This document shows positions 62,402-64,000 of a stretch of DNA of 64,000 bases, piece by piece. Source of the stretch: Takakia lepidozioides (lineage: Eukaryota > Plantae > Bryophyta). The stretch's first letter is position 1. Every line of letters begins with the position of its first letter. The translations under genes and the position numbers were made by a program. The notes under the pieces are model-generated. The model ran no database searches, was not told the origin of the DNA, and was given only the letters and a program-made list of their open reading frames with translations. The stretch covers positions 65,286,001 through 65,350,000 of the forward strand of contig CM060732.1 in the NCBI GenBank assembly GCA_030704615.1. The letters are read 5' to 3'.

Positions 62402-64000
62402 GTATAGACTGCTCTCTTTAATTCATATTCAGCCCATTGTAAAGAAACATTTCTGGTATTTGTCTTTGTGTTTCTCTTGAAGTGGAGTCTGAATTTATCA
62501 CAAGACTATTTGGACTTTTGTGTGTCTCCAAGTCTCTCAGTGTTTGCTGATCAGTTGATACTGTATTAGAGAATCTGTCAAGTATTGCATACTCTGCAAA
62601 AGCCTGAGCTATGTAGTGTAATGTCCAGGCTGTAACAGCATGTCTCTCCTGATGACAGTTCCAATGTGTCATTCTCTTTTTGTTCACATATACTGGTGCT
62701 TGGATTGGACAAATCTCAACCAACACTGCTATATTGCATACCAGGGGGCAGACCAATGAAACAGCATCGCCGCAAGGAGAAAACGTTCGTATGAGTTCTG
62801 TAACCTCTTCTCTGTCTAAACTACAGATGGTTGAAGCACTGCCACTGACTTAAACTTGCTTTGGTTGTGCCTTCCAACCATGTCGTGAATGCTTGTTACT
62901 GTCATCATTTATGCCTTTAGACCAAATTTTTCTGGGAAACTGGGAGTCATTGCTGCCGTTGCTACCCCTTCCCCTCCCTCTCTCTCTTTCTCTCACACAC
63001 ACACATATGGGTTGATAACTCCAACAAGGCTAAGTCTCTAGAATCCATTTCAAGTGGGGGTGCTAAGGAGTGCATGTCAGCGATGCTCCAAACCAGCCAA
63101 ATGTGGGTTTGGCGTCCCCTCCTAAGCTCCCGACGAGATCCCAAGACATCAAGGTCAGATGGTGCGGGTCAGCTTGCAACATATGACAAAATCAGATATC
63201 CTAAGTTAATCGACTCTATATCTTGGAAGGCAGGATCGCCGTTCAAACAGGCGATGTCCTGGCGGAAGAGAGTTAGAAGAGGATTCTCAGGATCTGCATC
63301 TAAGCCCGCAAGTCTGGACCCTGATGGATATATCTGACTTAGAGGCTCTAGTGTCCAAAGCCATGGCTGTTGCCAGGAAAATTGTCCGATGAAAATGAAG
63401 TTAGGCAGAAACTTCCCATGAACTTGTTTCCCAGTCTATTGACATGGGGGAGGACATCATGGATGACCTCAAGGGTTACCCACTCTCGGCCACTAGGGGA
63501 ATGAAAATTAAAACTCAGGGCGAAGGAAGCCACCTTGGAAACAGCAAACAGAAGCAGAGAGGAAAGGGAGGGAGAGTGCAATTGCCGTTGTGTGTGGCAA
63601 CCTGACGATAATATTCTTTTGATTCATCCGGGGGTCTCTCACCAGAGAGACGCTTCTCTCAATCTATCAAGGAATTGTGCCTGTACCTCCTGTTTACCAA
63701 CTTTTAAAGTCTTGAGGCTGAGCCAAAAGCCCAGGCCCTTTCGGGGCCTAGTTATTGGGCAAAGCACACACAGCAGGTTGATGCTTGTGTAAAGGGATTT
63801 CTAGAGGATATCTGGAAAACCTGGATCAATTGTTTATTCCAAGGTAAGTCTTACTACTGGCGTCAGCCCTGGACAAAGGTAGGTTCTGTCCCATTGGTTT
63901 GCTCAAACTGGGTGCGGGGGGTCAATGGCCACAAGGCTACGGCAAACACGTCTTATGAGTACATTCTCTCTTTTGGTTCCTTGGTTCTTTCAGAGAATTG

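Noticed and set aside
63000-63840. Minus-strand LINE endonuclease remnant
   Set aside because: Only faint resemblance and too decayed to support a call
1-64000. rRNA or tRNA genes and retrotransposon primer-binding sites
   Set aside because: No recognisable rRNA or tRNA sequence, and no convincing PBS next to any candidate LTR

Overview
Eukaryotic genomic DNA, probably from a non-seed plant (spliceosomal introns, a plant-type DExH helicase gene). About 57 kb is nested transposable elements, followed by the 5' exons of a host DHX29/DExH7-like helicase gene. The dominant element is an unusual Mutator-like (MULE) DNA transposon family with at least 6 copies or fragments. It has 20-bp termini (GAGGTTTACTATTTCATGAG-like), and one complete copy has a 9-bp TSD. 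Its ~1170-aa transposase has GCM-like Zn, DDE and SWIM domains. A divergent cargo gene carries a ParB/Srx-like region (DGNHR) in one copy and a beta-class N6A/N4C-methyltransferase-like region in two others. Internal arrays of palindromes are spaced at 53, 63-64 or 74 bp (about 5, 6 and 7 helical turns). The complete copy sits inside the C5-cytosine methyltransferase domain of a Ty3/Gypsy retrotransposon (PR-DNMT-RT-RH-INT-PHD). Also present: two further Gypsy elements and a gag fragment, a full piggyBac element (TTAA TSD) splitting a microbial-type secreted 3D-domain pseudogene, two orphan piggyBac ends, AT-rich hairpin arrays and LINE debris. Domain calls come from motifs recognised by eye; no database search was run.
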